Of a stretch of DNA of 64,000 nt, positions 7,392 through 14,427 are shown piece by piece. The notes beneath the pieces were generated by a model, which saw only the letters and a program-made list of their open reading frames with translations, searched no databases and was not told the origin of the DNA. Numbering within the stretch: position 1 is the first letter of the stretch; each line of letters starts with the position of its first letter. Source of the DNA: Alphaproteobacteria bacterium (GTDB taxonomy: Bacteria; Pseudomonadota; Alphaproteobacteria; RF32; CAG-239); contig JAFUSH010000052.1 of the NCBI GenBank assembly GCA_017471705.1, forward strand, positions 14,869 through 78,868, read 5' to 3'. The position numbers and the translations under genes are program-made.

Positions 7392-7416
7392 AGGCGGTGG
7401 TGTTTTACCACCGCCT
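7392..7416 (+). terminator. Hairpin after the YfdQ-like gene
   Basis: AGGCGGTGGT-gtttt-ACCACCGCCT. No clean T tract follows. Confidence 0.45.
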
Positions 7417-7476
7417 GCACTGGTATTATTACGATATTACAATATAAGAGCTTAATTTATCAAAGGGTTAAAAATA

Positions 7477-7761
7477 ATGGTTGAAGAAACAGAAAAGAAA
7501 AAAGGTTGGGTTGTGCCGGTCGCCGCCGTTGAGGCTTTGCGATTAGAGGACGCAGAACTGTTTAAGGAGGCATTTTTGGCCATGCATGACTACAATATGA
7601 ACGGTGATGTTGATGTGACGACTATGACGCCCGCCGCACGCGTGTTGTTCAGTTTGTTTAAGGAAACGATTGACAGTAATGTGCGCCGCTATGAGGCTAT
7701 AAAAAAACGCAATCAGGAAACAGCCAAGAGCCGAAAACCGCGCAAGAAAAGAGGAGAATAA
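7477..7761 (+). CDS. hypothetical protein with basic C-terminal tail (94 aa), possibly origin-associated
   Basis: ORF directly upstream of the origin-like region. C-terminus is KKRNQETAKSRKPRKKRGE. Function not recognised with confidence. Confidence 0.5.
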   Translation: MVEETEKKKGWVVPVAAVEALRLEDAELFKEAFLAMHDYNMNGDVDVTTMTPAARVLFSLFKETIDSNVRRYEAIKKRNQETAKSRKPRKKRGE

Positions 7762-7765
7762 AAAT

Positions 7766-7827
7766 TTTTACCAAAAATTACCAGTGGTAAAAAAACACGC
7801 AAAATTTTACCAAAAATTACCAGTGGT
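7766..7827. repeat. Two 23-bp direct repeats (iteron-like), each built from TTACCA half-sites
   Basis: TTTTACCAAAAATTACCAGTGGT at 7766-7788 and 7805-7827. TTACCAGTGGTAA (7778-7790) is a perfect 6-1-6 palindrome. Further TGGTR half-sites lie at 7897-7920. Confidence 0.8.
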
Positions 7828-7869
7828 GACGAAAAACAAATAAAAGCAGCCAAAACCGGCCGCAAACGC

Positions 7870-8070
7870 AGTAAAATGATTTTTAGTTAAAAATTTGGTA
7901 GCAGTTGGTGAGGTTTGGTGAAAAAAAGAAAAGAAAAAAGAAGCAAAAAAGAAAATAAATAAAAAAACTTGGTTGTAGGTTAAAAGGTTATTGGTTTTAT
8001 GGTTAAAGGTTGAAATTATGGATAACAGGGAAAAGGTTAAGAGGGTTAAAGGGAGAAAGGAAAAGGTTGC
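7870..8070. other. C-depleted, A-rich tract with GGTTAAAGG-type repeats (DNA-unwinding-element candidate)
   Basis: I count only 5 C residues in ~200 nt on the top strand. An A/G run spans 7921-7967. GGTTAAA(A)GG-like motifs start at about 7978, 8001, 8034 and 8044. Confidence 0.6.
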
Positions 8071-8076
8071 AAAACT

Positions 8077-8106
8077 TGTGGATAAATCCACGCGTTTTGT
8101 GGATAA
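8077..8106 (-). promoter_or_regulatory. Two perfect DnaA boxes (TTATCCACA) in direct orientation, 21 bp apart
   Basis: TGTGGATAA at 8077-8085 and 8098-8106 on the top strand. Both are embedded in the identical 12-mer TTGTGGATAAAT. Confidence 0.65.
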
Positions 8107-8345
8107 ATGCTTGTCACATAAACGCGCCTTTGCGGACAAGCCTGCCGGCTTACCCTTGCAAAGACTGCGTTATACAAGCATTTTAGAGATGATTGCAGAA
8201 AAATCTGCAATCATTGGTGCGCAAGTTGAAACTTGCTTATTGCGCCTATCGGCGCAGGCTCGGCAAGGGAAAGGAGCGCGTTTTTGGCTTTGTGCAGCAA
8301 TTTCTGTCTATTTTTTAGTTGCAAGTGTTGTATGGGAGGTTAGGA

Positions 8346-8735
8346 ATGTTATCAAAAATCAGAACGATTGAAGATGTTAAGTTTGAATTGACGCGCTATT
8401 TTGAAACGTTGCACGCACTGCCGGCGCCAAAATTGCCGGATTATGCAAAAAATTACCTTTGGCAGCTTTTATTGGTTGAGCCGAATGATGATGATAAAGA
8501 GGCCGCCGGCCGCCGCTTTGAGCCTACAACGGCAGATATTGCTGATTGTTGGTATATGGACGCAAATTTTATCCCACTTCTTACAAAATTTGAATACAAT
8601 TTGCTACATGATCGGCTGCGTGATAAGCCGCTGCCGTGGAAATTGATTGAACATAAAACAAAATATTCGCGGCAATGGCTTAAAATCTATATGGATAAGG
8701 CCTTGCAACGCCTTTTTGTCCACATGAAAAGTTAA
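8346..8735 (+). CDS. putative late-gene regulator (sigma region-4-like HTH / antiterminator candidate), 129 aa
   Basis: GGGAGG RBS before the ATG at 8346. The C-terminus LTKFEYNLLHDRLRDKPLPWKLIEHKTKYSRQWLKIYMDKALQRL fits a sigma70 region-4-type pattern. Located directly upstream of the late operon control region. Confidence 0.45.
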   Translation: MLSKIRTIEDVKFELTRYFETLHALPAPKLPDYAKNYLWQLLLVEPNDDDKEAAGRRFEPTTADIADCWYMDANFIPLLTKFEYNLLHDRLRDKPLPWKLIEHKTKYSRQWLKIYMDKALQRLFVHMKS

Positions 8736-8812
8736 TTTTTAGACACAAAATGAGTTATTAAAAGATATAAAATAAACAAATAATATGATAAATCAAGCAC
8801 TTATGATAATAA

Positions 8813-8911
8813 TTTACATCACTTTACAAACACTTTACATCAATTTACAAAAAATGACTTTACAAAAAGGCGTAAATCTAAATATAAAAAATGTAGGATA
8901 GGGTTTTTACA
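8813..8911 (+). repeat. Six TTTACA hexamers, the first four spaced 10-11 bp apart
   Basis: TTTACA at 8813, 8823, 8834, 8844, 8859 and 8906. Confidence 0.75.
8859..8888 (+). promoter_or_regulatory. Candidate late promoter
   Basis: TTTACA (8859-8864), N18, TATAAA (8883-8888). The predicted ~60-nt transcript would end at the terminator at 8922-8954. Confidence 0.4.
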
Positions 8912-8921
8912 CTCTATTCGG

Positions 8922-8954
8922 AGGCCACTCAATTTTTGAGCGGCCTTTTTGTTT
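8922..8954 (+). terminator. Strong intrinsic terminator upstream of terS
   Basis: AGGCCACTCAA-ttt-TTGAGCGGCCT (11 bp, one mismatch) followed by TTTTTGTTT. Confidence 0.75.
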
Positions 8955-8999
8955 GGTGTAACACTGAACAATGACCCTGCGATGGGTTAAGCTCCAAAG

Positions 9000-9034
9000 G
9001 CTATGCGCTCTCAACCGGCGCATAGCTTTCTTGT
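9000..9034 (+). terminator. Second hairpin with T-rich tail immediately before the terS start
   Basis: GCTATGCGC (9000-9008) pairs with GCGCATAGC (9018-9026), followed by TTTCTTGT. Confidence 0.45.
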
Positions 9035-9562
9035 ATGGTGAATGAAATGGCAAAGGAAAAGAGAACAGTAAAGGCAAAAAAATCAGTTGGCCGTCCGAAA
9101 GTGAAATGGAAGAGCAAGGCAAACGCTGATAGAATTTTTGCGCTCATGCAAGATGGAAAGAGCTTACGGCAGATTTGCAGAGAGAATGGTTGGCCACATA
9201 GCACCGTGCTTGCTTGGTTGAATAGTGAGTTTTCTGACCAATACACGCAAGCGCAGGAGCGACGCGCGGATTATTACTTTGAAGAAATACTTGAAATTGC
9301 TGACAGTTGTCCGGCTGATAAGGAGGAAGTGGCTGCAGCCAAGTTAAGAATTGATACACGCAAGTGGATTATGGGGCGCATGAGCCCAAAAAAATACAGC
9401 GACAGGGTTAATGTTGATATGAGTGGCGAAACAAAGGTGACGCATGACGGAACAGTTGAATTTACCCCGACAGATATGGCAATATCGCGTCTTGATGAAA
9501 TCATTGGCCGCGTTGTCGGGACAGGAAAAGATACAAGCATGGAGGACACTAGCAAAGAATGA
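9035..9562 (+). CDS. terS: terminase small subunit
   Basis: N-terminal HTH (SLRQICRENGWPHSTVLAWL) followed by ...AAAKLRIDTRKWIMGRMSPKKYSDR, typical of terS families. Directly upstream of terL. Confidence 0.8.
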   Translation: MVNEMAKEKRTVKAKKSVGRPKVKWKSKANADRIFALMQDGKSLRQICRENGWPHSTVLAWLNSEFSDQYTQAQERRADYYFEEILEIADSCPADKEEVAAAKLRIDTRKWIMGRMSPKKYSDRVNVDMSGETKVTHDGTVEFTPTDMAISRLDEIIGRVVGTGKDTSMEDTSKE

Positions 9563-10946
9563 TTTGTTTTTTCTTCTGGTTTATGTGCTTGGCGTTAGCT
9601 TTGCAAATAATCAGTGGGTGCTTGACCGCTGCCGTGAATACCAAGAAGAGCCATACGGCTATTTGGATCTATGGGCGCGCGGCCATTTTAAGAGCACAAT
9701 TATTACATACGCACATACGATCTTTGAAATTTTGAACGATCCGGAGATCACAATCGGAATTTTCAGCCATAAGCTGCCGATTGCCAGAGCTTTTGTGATC
9801 CAGATAAAAAACACGTTGGAAAGCAACGAGTTATTAAAGCTCTTGTTTCCCGATATTTTATATAAAAATCCAAAAGATTTGCGCAATGGATCGCCAAAGT
9901 GGACGGAAGAAAAAATATGCGTGAAGAGAAAATCAACACGTAAAGAGATGACGGTTGAGGCCTGCGGTGTGGTTGAGGGGCAGCCGACAGGCATGCACTT
10001 TGATCGCTTGATTTATGATGACTTGGTTACATTAGAGAGTGTTAACACGCCGGAGCAGATCCTTAAAACAACGGCGGCGTATAAAATGAGCTTAAACTTA
10101 GGCAGCGCAACAGCAAAGCGCGCCATGATCGGCACGTTTTATGCGTTTAATGATACATATAATGTGATTATTGATGAGGGTGGCGTTATCCCTCGGATAT
10201 ATCCGGCAATGACAGATCCGACGGATTTTAACACTTCTGTCTTTTTACCGCCGGAAGAGTTGAAACAAAAACGTATTGAAATGGGTGCGGCAACATTTGG
10301 CACGCAGATGTTATTGGATCCATCTATTGCAAATAACAGATATTTTCTGCCGGAATGGGTGAAATACTATGACGGCAAAGGTTGGAACACAATGACAAGA
10401 TATATTATTGTTGATCCGGCCTCAAGCAAGGAGAAACGCAGCGACTATACCGTCATGCTTGTTTTAGGACTTGGCAAAGACGGTAATTATTATGTGATTG
10501 ACGGCATACGCGATCGGCTCAATCTGACTGAACGAACAAATATTTTATTCAGTCTTGTTGAGCAATACCGGCCGAATGCGGTATGGTATGAAAGCTATGG
10601 GCAACAGGCCGATAATGAGCATATTCAGGCTGAAATGTCTGCGCGACATTTTCGGTTTGCAATTCATCGGCTTGGCGGCACTATGGCTAAAAAAACAAGA
10701 ATTGAGCGCTTGCAGCCGTTATTTGAACAGGGTAAAATCTGGTTTCCGACACGTTTACCGTTTTTAACGGTTGATAATGGTTATCAAGATTTTACTAAGC
10801 TGTTTTTGGACGACGAATATTTGAAATATCCGGCTTGCAATCATGACGATATGATTGATTGTTTAGCGCGGTTGTTTGATATAAATGCGGTCTTTCCACA
10901 AAACGGCGCAGCATATCAAACAATTTTCTATAATAAGAAAGGATAG
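9444..10946 (+). CDS. terL: terminase large subunit
   Basis: Walker-A-like GHFKST, Walker-B LIYDDL, and nuclease acidic motifs (IIVDPASS..DYTV, NHDDMIDCL). The start is uncertain (9444, 9495 or a TTG at 9513). Overlaps terS out of frame by at least 50 nt. Confidence 0.9.
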   Translation: MTEQLNLPRQIWQYRVLMKSLAALSGQEKIQAWRTLAKNDLFFLLVYVLGVSFANNQWVLDRCREYQEEPYGYLDLWARGHFKSTIITYAHTIFEILNDPEITIGIFSHKLPIARAFVIQIKNTLESNELLKLLFPDILYKNPKDLRNGSPKWTEEKICVKRKSTRKEMTVEACGVVEGQPTGMHFDRLIYDDLVTLESVNTPEQILKTTAAYKMSLNLGSATAKRAMIGTFYAFNDTYNVIIDEGGVIPRIYPAMTDPTDFNTSVFLPPEELKQKRIEMGAATFGTQMLLDPSIANNRYFLPEWVKYYDGKGWNTMTRYIIVDPASSKEKRSDYTVMLVLGLGKDGNYYVIDGIRDRLNLTERTNILFSLVEQYRPNAVWYESYGQQADNEHIQAEMSARHFRFAIHRLGGTMAKKTRIERLQPLFEQGKIWFPTRLPFLTVDNGYQDFTKLFLDDEYLKYPACNHDDMIDCLARLFDINAVFPQNGAAYQTIFYNKKG

Positions 10947-10951
10947 ATAAA

Positions 10952-11344
10952 ATGGGATTAGGTAAAAGCTTAAAAAAAGCCGTCAAAAAAGTTACAAAGG
11001 CAGTAACAAAAGTGGTTGGTAGCCGTGTAACTGCAGGCATTGACGCAATTAAATCTGTGGCCAAAGGAGATTTAACCGGTGTGGCTGATGCTGCTACGCG
11101 TGTGGCAAGTGGTGGAACAATATCACTAAAGGATAAAGGTTTGCTTAATGCAAATTTAGGGATTGAGCAAAATGTTGAGGCTCCTCCGATACAAACAGAG
11201 CAACCCTATGATGGTTTGCTTGCTTATGTGACTGATCAGAGAAACCGCAGAGCAAAGCGAAACCGTCAAAGCACAAACAATACAAGCGGATCTAACACGG
11301 TTGACGGTAATAAATTGTCCGGCACAACTGCATTAGGAGTGTAA
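10952..11344 (+). CDS. small basic low-complexity virion-module protein (130 aa), C-terminus ...GTTALGV
   Basis: ORF between terL and portal. Shares a C-terminal motif with the next gene. Confidence 0.55.
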   Translation: MGLGKSLKKAVKKVTKAVTKVVGSRVTAGIDAIKSVAKGDLTGVADAATRVASGGTISLKDKGLLNANLGIEQNVEAPPIQTEQPYDGLLAYVTDQRNRRAKRNRQSTNNTSGSNTVDGNKLSGTTALGV

Positions 11345-11348
11345 AATC

Positions 11349-11657
11349 ATGATGTTTAGAAGATTATTCAAGCGCATACGTCAAAAGGCTCTTTTAGATA
11401 AAATAAACGCAGCTAAAAAAGCTCAAACAGACGCAAAAGCAGCGGCAGAGCAAACGCAAGCGACAGCACAAGCTGCAGCCACGGATCCGGCAACAACTCA
11501 ACCGACAACACCGCCGGTGCAAACGACAGCTACGCCGGCCGCCGAAAATAATGATCTTGATTTGTATATTAACACAATGAAAAATCGGCGCAAAAAGGGT
11601 GCACAGTTGCCAGATGTGGCCGCACTGTTAGGACAAACAGCTACATTGGGAGTTTAG
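11349..11657 (+). CDS. small basic Ala/Thr/Gln/Pro-rich protein (102 aa), C-terminus ...GQTATLGV
   Basis: ORF between terL and portal. Paralogous C-terminal ~30 aa. Confidence 0.55.
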   Translation: MMFRRLFKRIRQKALLDKINAAKKAQTDAKAAAEQTQATAQAAATDPATTQPTTPPVQTTATPAAENNDLDLYINTMKNRRKKGAQLPDVAALLGQTATLGV

Positions 11658-11660
11658 ACA

Positions 11661-13382
11661 ATGGATAATATTGATGATGTGGCCACACGCATTGTCAAAG
11701 GGTTGAGTAATTTGCAGAGCAGACGTCAACCTTTAGAGAATGTTTGGCAAAAAATTATGGAAATGGTTGATCCGGCCAATGCTTTTATTACACGTGAATA
11801 TTCAGCAGAACAGATGTTTAAGGAGGATCTTTATTCAACTACTGCTTTGCGTGCAATACCAAAGTTTGTGGCCGCTTTACAATCAACCGTTACACCACCG
11901 AATGAGCAATGGCACCGGTTGATACCACCGACACGTAAGCTTAAAAAAGATCAAAAATGTATTTCTTGGCTTGAAGAATTAGCAGAGGATTTGTTTGAGC
12001 GCAGGTATAGACCGGCCGCCGGATTTAATAAGGCTATTATTAAAATTTGGTATAGTATGGCAAAAATCGGCGTCGGCTGTATGTTTATAGATGAGGCAAG
12101 TGATGGCTCCGGTGCTGAATATACCTGCGTTAATATGAAAGATTTTTATGTTAGCCTGTATGATAATGGCCAGATCAAAAAATGTTATCGTAAAATCAAA
12201 AAAAGCTTTTGGGAAGTTTGCGAAGATTTGGAAAATAAAGGAGTTGATCCGCAGTCTGTTATCCCTCAAGAGATATATAATCGCTGCATTAAAGAGCCGA
12301 ATACTGAACTTAATCTTATTCATGCAGTAAAAAAACTAAGCAACAAGGAAATTAAAACTTGTCAAATTGAAATGAATAAGGTGGACGGCTCAAAGGAAAT
12401 TATTAAACGCCGTTACAGATCTTACTTAGTTTTGACTGATAGCGGAAAGCCTGTTGTGTTGCATGATGGGTATTTCTTTACATGCCCTTATCAATTTGCA
12501 CGTTTCAAAGAGCTTGATTTTGATATTTATTCAAACTCTCCATCTATGCAAGGCCTGCCTGATATTCAGATGTTGCAGCGTATGCGTAAATCAATGATTG
12601 AGGCCGGTGAAAAAGCTGTTGATCCTACAATCTTGGCTAAACAAGACGCAGCAATGGGCGGTATTCAACCAGTTGCCGGCGCGATTATTCCGGGAGGATT
12701 GGACGATCAAGGTAAAGAAAACCTGAAAGCGTTGAATGTCACCGGATCAGCCTCGCTTGGTGTTGATTTAGAAGAGCTTATCACAAAAGGAATTGAGGAC
12801 TTTTATCTTGTGCCGCTATACATGATGTATTACCAAGAGGGCAAGATGACGGCTACTGAAATAAATCAGCGCGCGATGGAAAGAGCAATGCTGATGTCAA
12901 TCAATGTCTTTCCGGTTGAAAATGAGTTGCTTTCGCCGATGGTGGCTAGGGAGCTTGATATTATGGAGCGTTTAGGAGTATTGCCACCGGAAATACCGCC
13001 AGAATTATCAGAGCTTTTGAATAAAGATTTACCTTATTATGCAATCCAGTATGAGGGAGAGCAGCATAAGGCGCAAGAGATCATCAAAGCTAATGGTATT
13101 ATGGTGACTTTGGAGGGTGCGGCAACTTTAAGCCAGTATGAGCCGACTGTCGGTATGGCAATCAAAGGATATGATTGCTTGGCTACACTTGGCCGCGCAA
13201 ACGGTATGCCGATGGATCATTTATTGACAGCCAAAGAATATAAAAGCAAGACTGATCAATATCAACAAGAGCAGTTAGCTCAAGCACAAGCTGCCGCTGC
13301 GGCCGTTGATCCTCGTGCCGCTGAAACGGCAGGTAACACAGCCGATCGGTATGCTACACAACTTGCAAGTATGAGGTATTGA
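11661..13382 (+). CDS. portal (head-to-tail connector) protein, T7 gp8-type
   Basis: 573 aa immediately after the terminase genes. Size and position match the T7 gp8 slot. N-terminal ...SRRQPLENVWQKI... and ...DLYSTTALRAI... resemble podovirus portals. Confidence 0.8.
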   Translation: MDNIDDVATRIVKGLSNLQSRRQPLENVWQKIMEMVDPANAFITREYSAEQMFKEDLYSTTALRAIPKFVAALQSTVTPPNEQWHRLIPPTRKLKKDQKCISWLEELAEDLFERRYRPAAGFNKAIIKIWYSMAKIGVGCMFIDEASDGSGAEYTCVNMKDFYVSLYDNGQIKKCYRKIKKSFWEVCEDLENKGVDPQSVIPQEIYNRCIKEPNTELNLIHAVKKLSNKEIKTCQIEMNKVDGSKEIIKRRYRSYLVLTDSGKPVVLHDGYFFTCPYQFARFKELDFDIYSNSPSMQGLPDIQMLQRMRKSMIEAGEKAVDPTILAKQDAAMGGIQPVAGAIIPGGLDDQGKENLKALNVTGSASLGVDLEELITKGIEDFYLVPLYMMYYQEGKMTATEINQRAMERAMLMSINVFPVENELLSPMVARELDIMERLGVLPPEIPPELSELLNKDLPYYAIQYEGEQHKAQEIIKANGIMVTLEGAATLSQYEPTVGMAIKGYDCLATLGRANGMPMDHLLTAKEYKSKTDQYQQEQLAQAQAAAAAVDPRAAETAGNTADRYATQLASMRY

Positions 13383-13383
13383 C

Positions 13384-13674
13384 ATGGCTTTAAGTAAAGA
13401 AAGTAAAGAAAAAATCTGCCTGAATGTGCGGCTTGTTAAAGAGGCTTATGTTAAAGCATTTGCCGGTAATCAGGTGATTATGCAAGATTTGCGCAGCTTT
13501 TGCGATGTTAATGTGCCGACGGATATGAATCCGACGATGGGCAATATTGACGTGAGCAAAGTATTGGTTAAAACCGGCCGCGCAAGTGTGTTTCAGCGTA
13601 TTGAATATTGGCTGAACACGCCGGTTGAACAAATTGAAACAGATACTTTAAATAAATGGGAGCAATTAGCATGA
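13384..13674 (+). CDS. hypothetical head-module protein (96 aa)
   Basis: ORF between portal and scaffold. ATGA overlap with the next gene. Confidence 0.55.
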   Translation: MALSKESKEKICLNVRLVKEAYVKAFAGNQVIMQDLRSFCDVNVPTDMNPTMGNIDVSKVLVKTGRASVFQRIEYWLNTPVEQIETDTLNKWEQLA

Positions 13675-14360
13675 GCGAAGAAAACTCAACCGCTGCCGAT
13701 CCGGCAGTAACAAACGCAGGGGAAAATGTCGGCAATGAGCCGGCTTTTTTGTTTGAGAACGCTGACGCCTCCGGCTATGGTGAGGAAAATGTCAACTTCT
13801 TAAAGGAGAACAATTTAAGCAATATGTCTGATTTGGTTGCGTTGGCCACAAAAGGTAAAAATGCCTTACAGTTACCAAGCGATGATGATCAAGATAGTTT
13901 GCTCAATTTCCGTAAAGCCTGCGGTTATCCTGAAACCGCTGACGGTTATGGATTTAAGGCTGAAACGGAAGAAGAAAAGAATATTGCTGATTTTGTGCAT
14001 AAATGCCAGTTAGATAAATGGGCAGCTAAGGCGGTATATAATCAAATTATTGCAAATATCAAAGCAGAGGACGCCGAAGACAAAAAGCAATATGCCGCCG
14101 AAGTGGCCAAAGTAAAAGGCAACTGGGGTGAAAATGCACAAGGCAATGAAAGCTTACTGCAGCGCGGTGTTGCGGCAATCGGATTGTCGGAGCAACAACT
14201 GCAGGAAATCTCCGGTATTATCGGAGTGGAGGCGGCGCTCAATCTTATGTTGACGCTTGGCCGCGTAAAGTCTGATCATTCGGGCGTTACCGGAACAACC
14301 GGCGGCGGCAGCGGTGATGAGAGCTTGGATAGTTTTATATACAGACGCCGCGATATGTAG
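13671..14360 (+). CDS. scaffolding protein (229 aa)
   Basis: Acidic helical protein between portal and capsid (T7 gp9 slot). ATG at 13671 overlaps the preceding stop. Followed by a terminator. Confidence 0.6.
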   Translation: MSEENSTAADPAVTNAGENVGNEPAFLFENADASGYGEENVNFLKENNLSNMSDLVALATKGKNALQLPSDDDQDSLLNFRKACGYPETADGYGFKAETEEEKNIADFVHKCQLDKWAAKAVYNQIIANIKAEDAEDKKQYAAEVAKVKGNWGENAQGNESLLQRGVAAIGLSEQQLQEISGIIGVEAALNLMLTLGRVKSDHSGVTGTTGGGSGDESLDSFIYRRRDM

Positions 14361-14388
14361 TGTTTGAATATAAAACATTGTTTTAACC

Positions 14389-14411
14389 GGAGGCGTTTGC
14401 CTCCATTTTTT
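14389..14411 (+). terminator. Intrinsic terminator after the scaffold gene
   Basis: GGAGGC-gttt-GCCTCC followed by ATTTTTT. Confidence 0.75.
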
Positions 14412-14427
14412 ATATAGGATAAAATAA

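Noticed and set aside
7766-7827. The 23-bp direct repeats, considered as a mini CRISPR array.
   Set aside because: There are only two copies and no cas genes. The repeats are made of protein-binding half-sites and lie in an origin-like context.
7807-8371. ORFs 7807-8139 (minus, 110 aa) and 7991-8371 (plus, 126 aa) in the origin-like region.
   Set aside because: Their sequences are dominated by repeats and homopolymeric composition (FFFF, KEKV). They contain the DnaA boxes and perfect hairpins, and they overlap the next gene. I treat the region as non-coding, but with residual uncertainty for 8018-8371.
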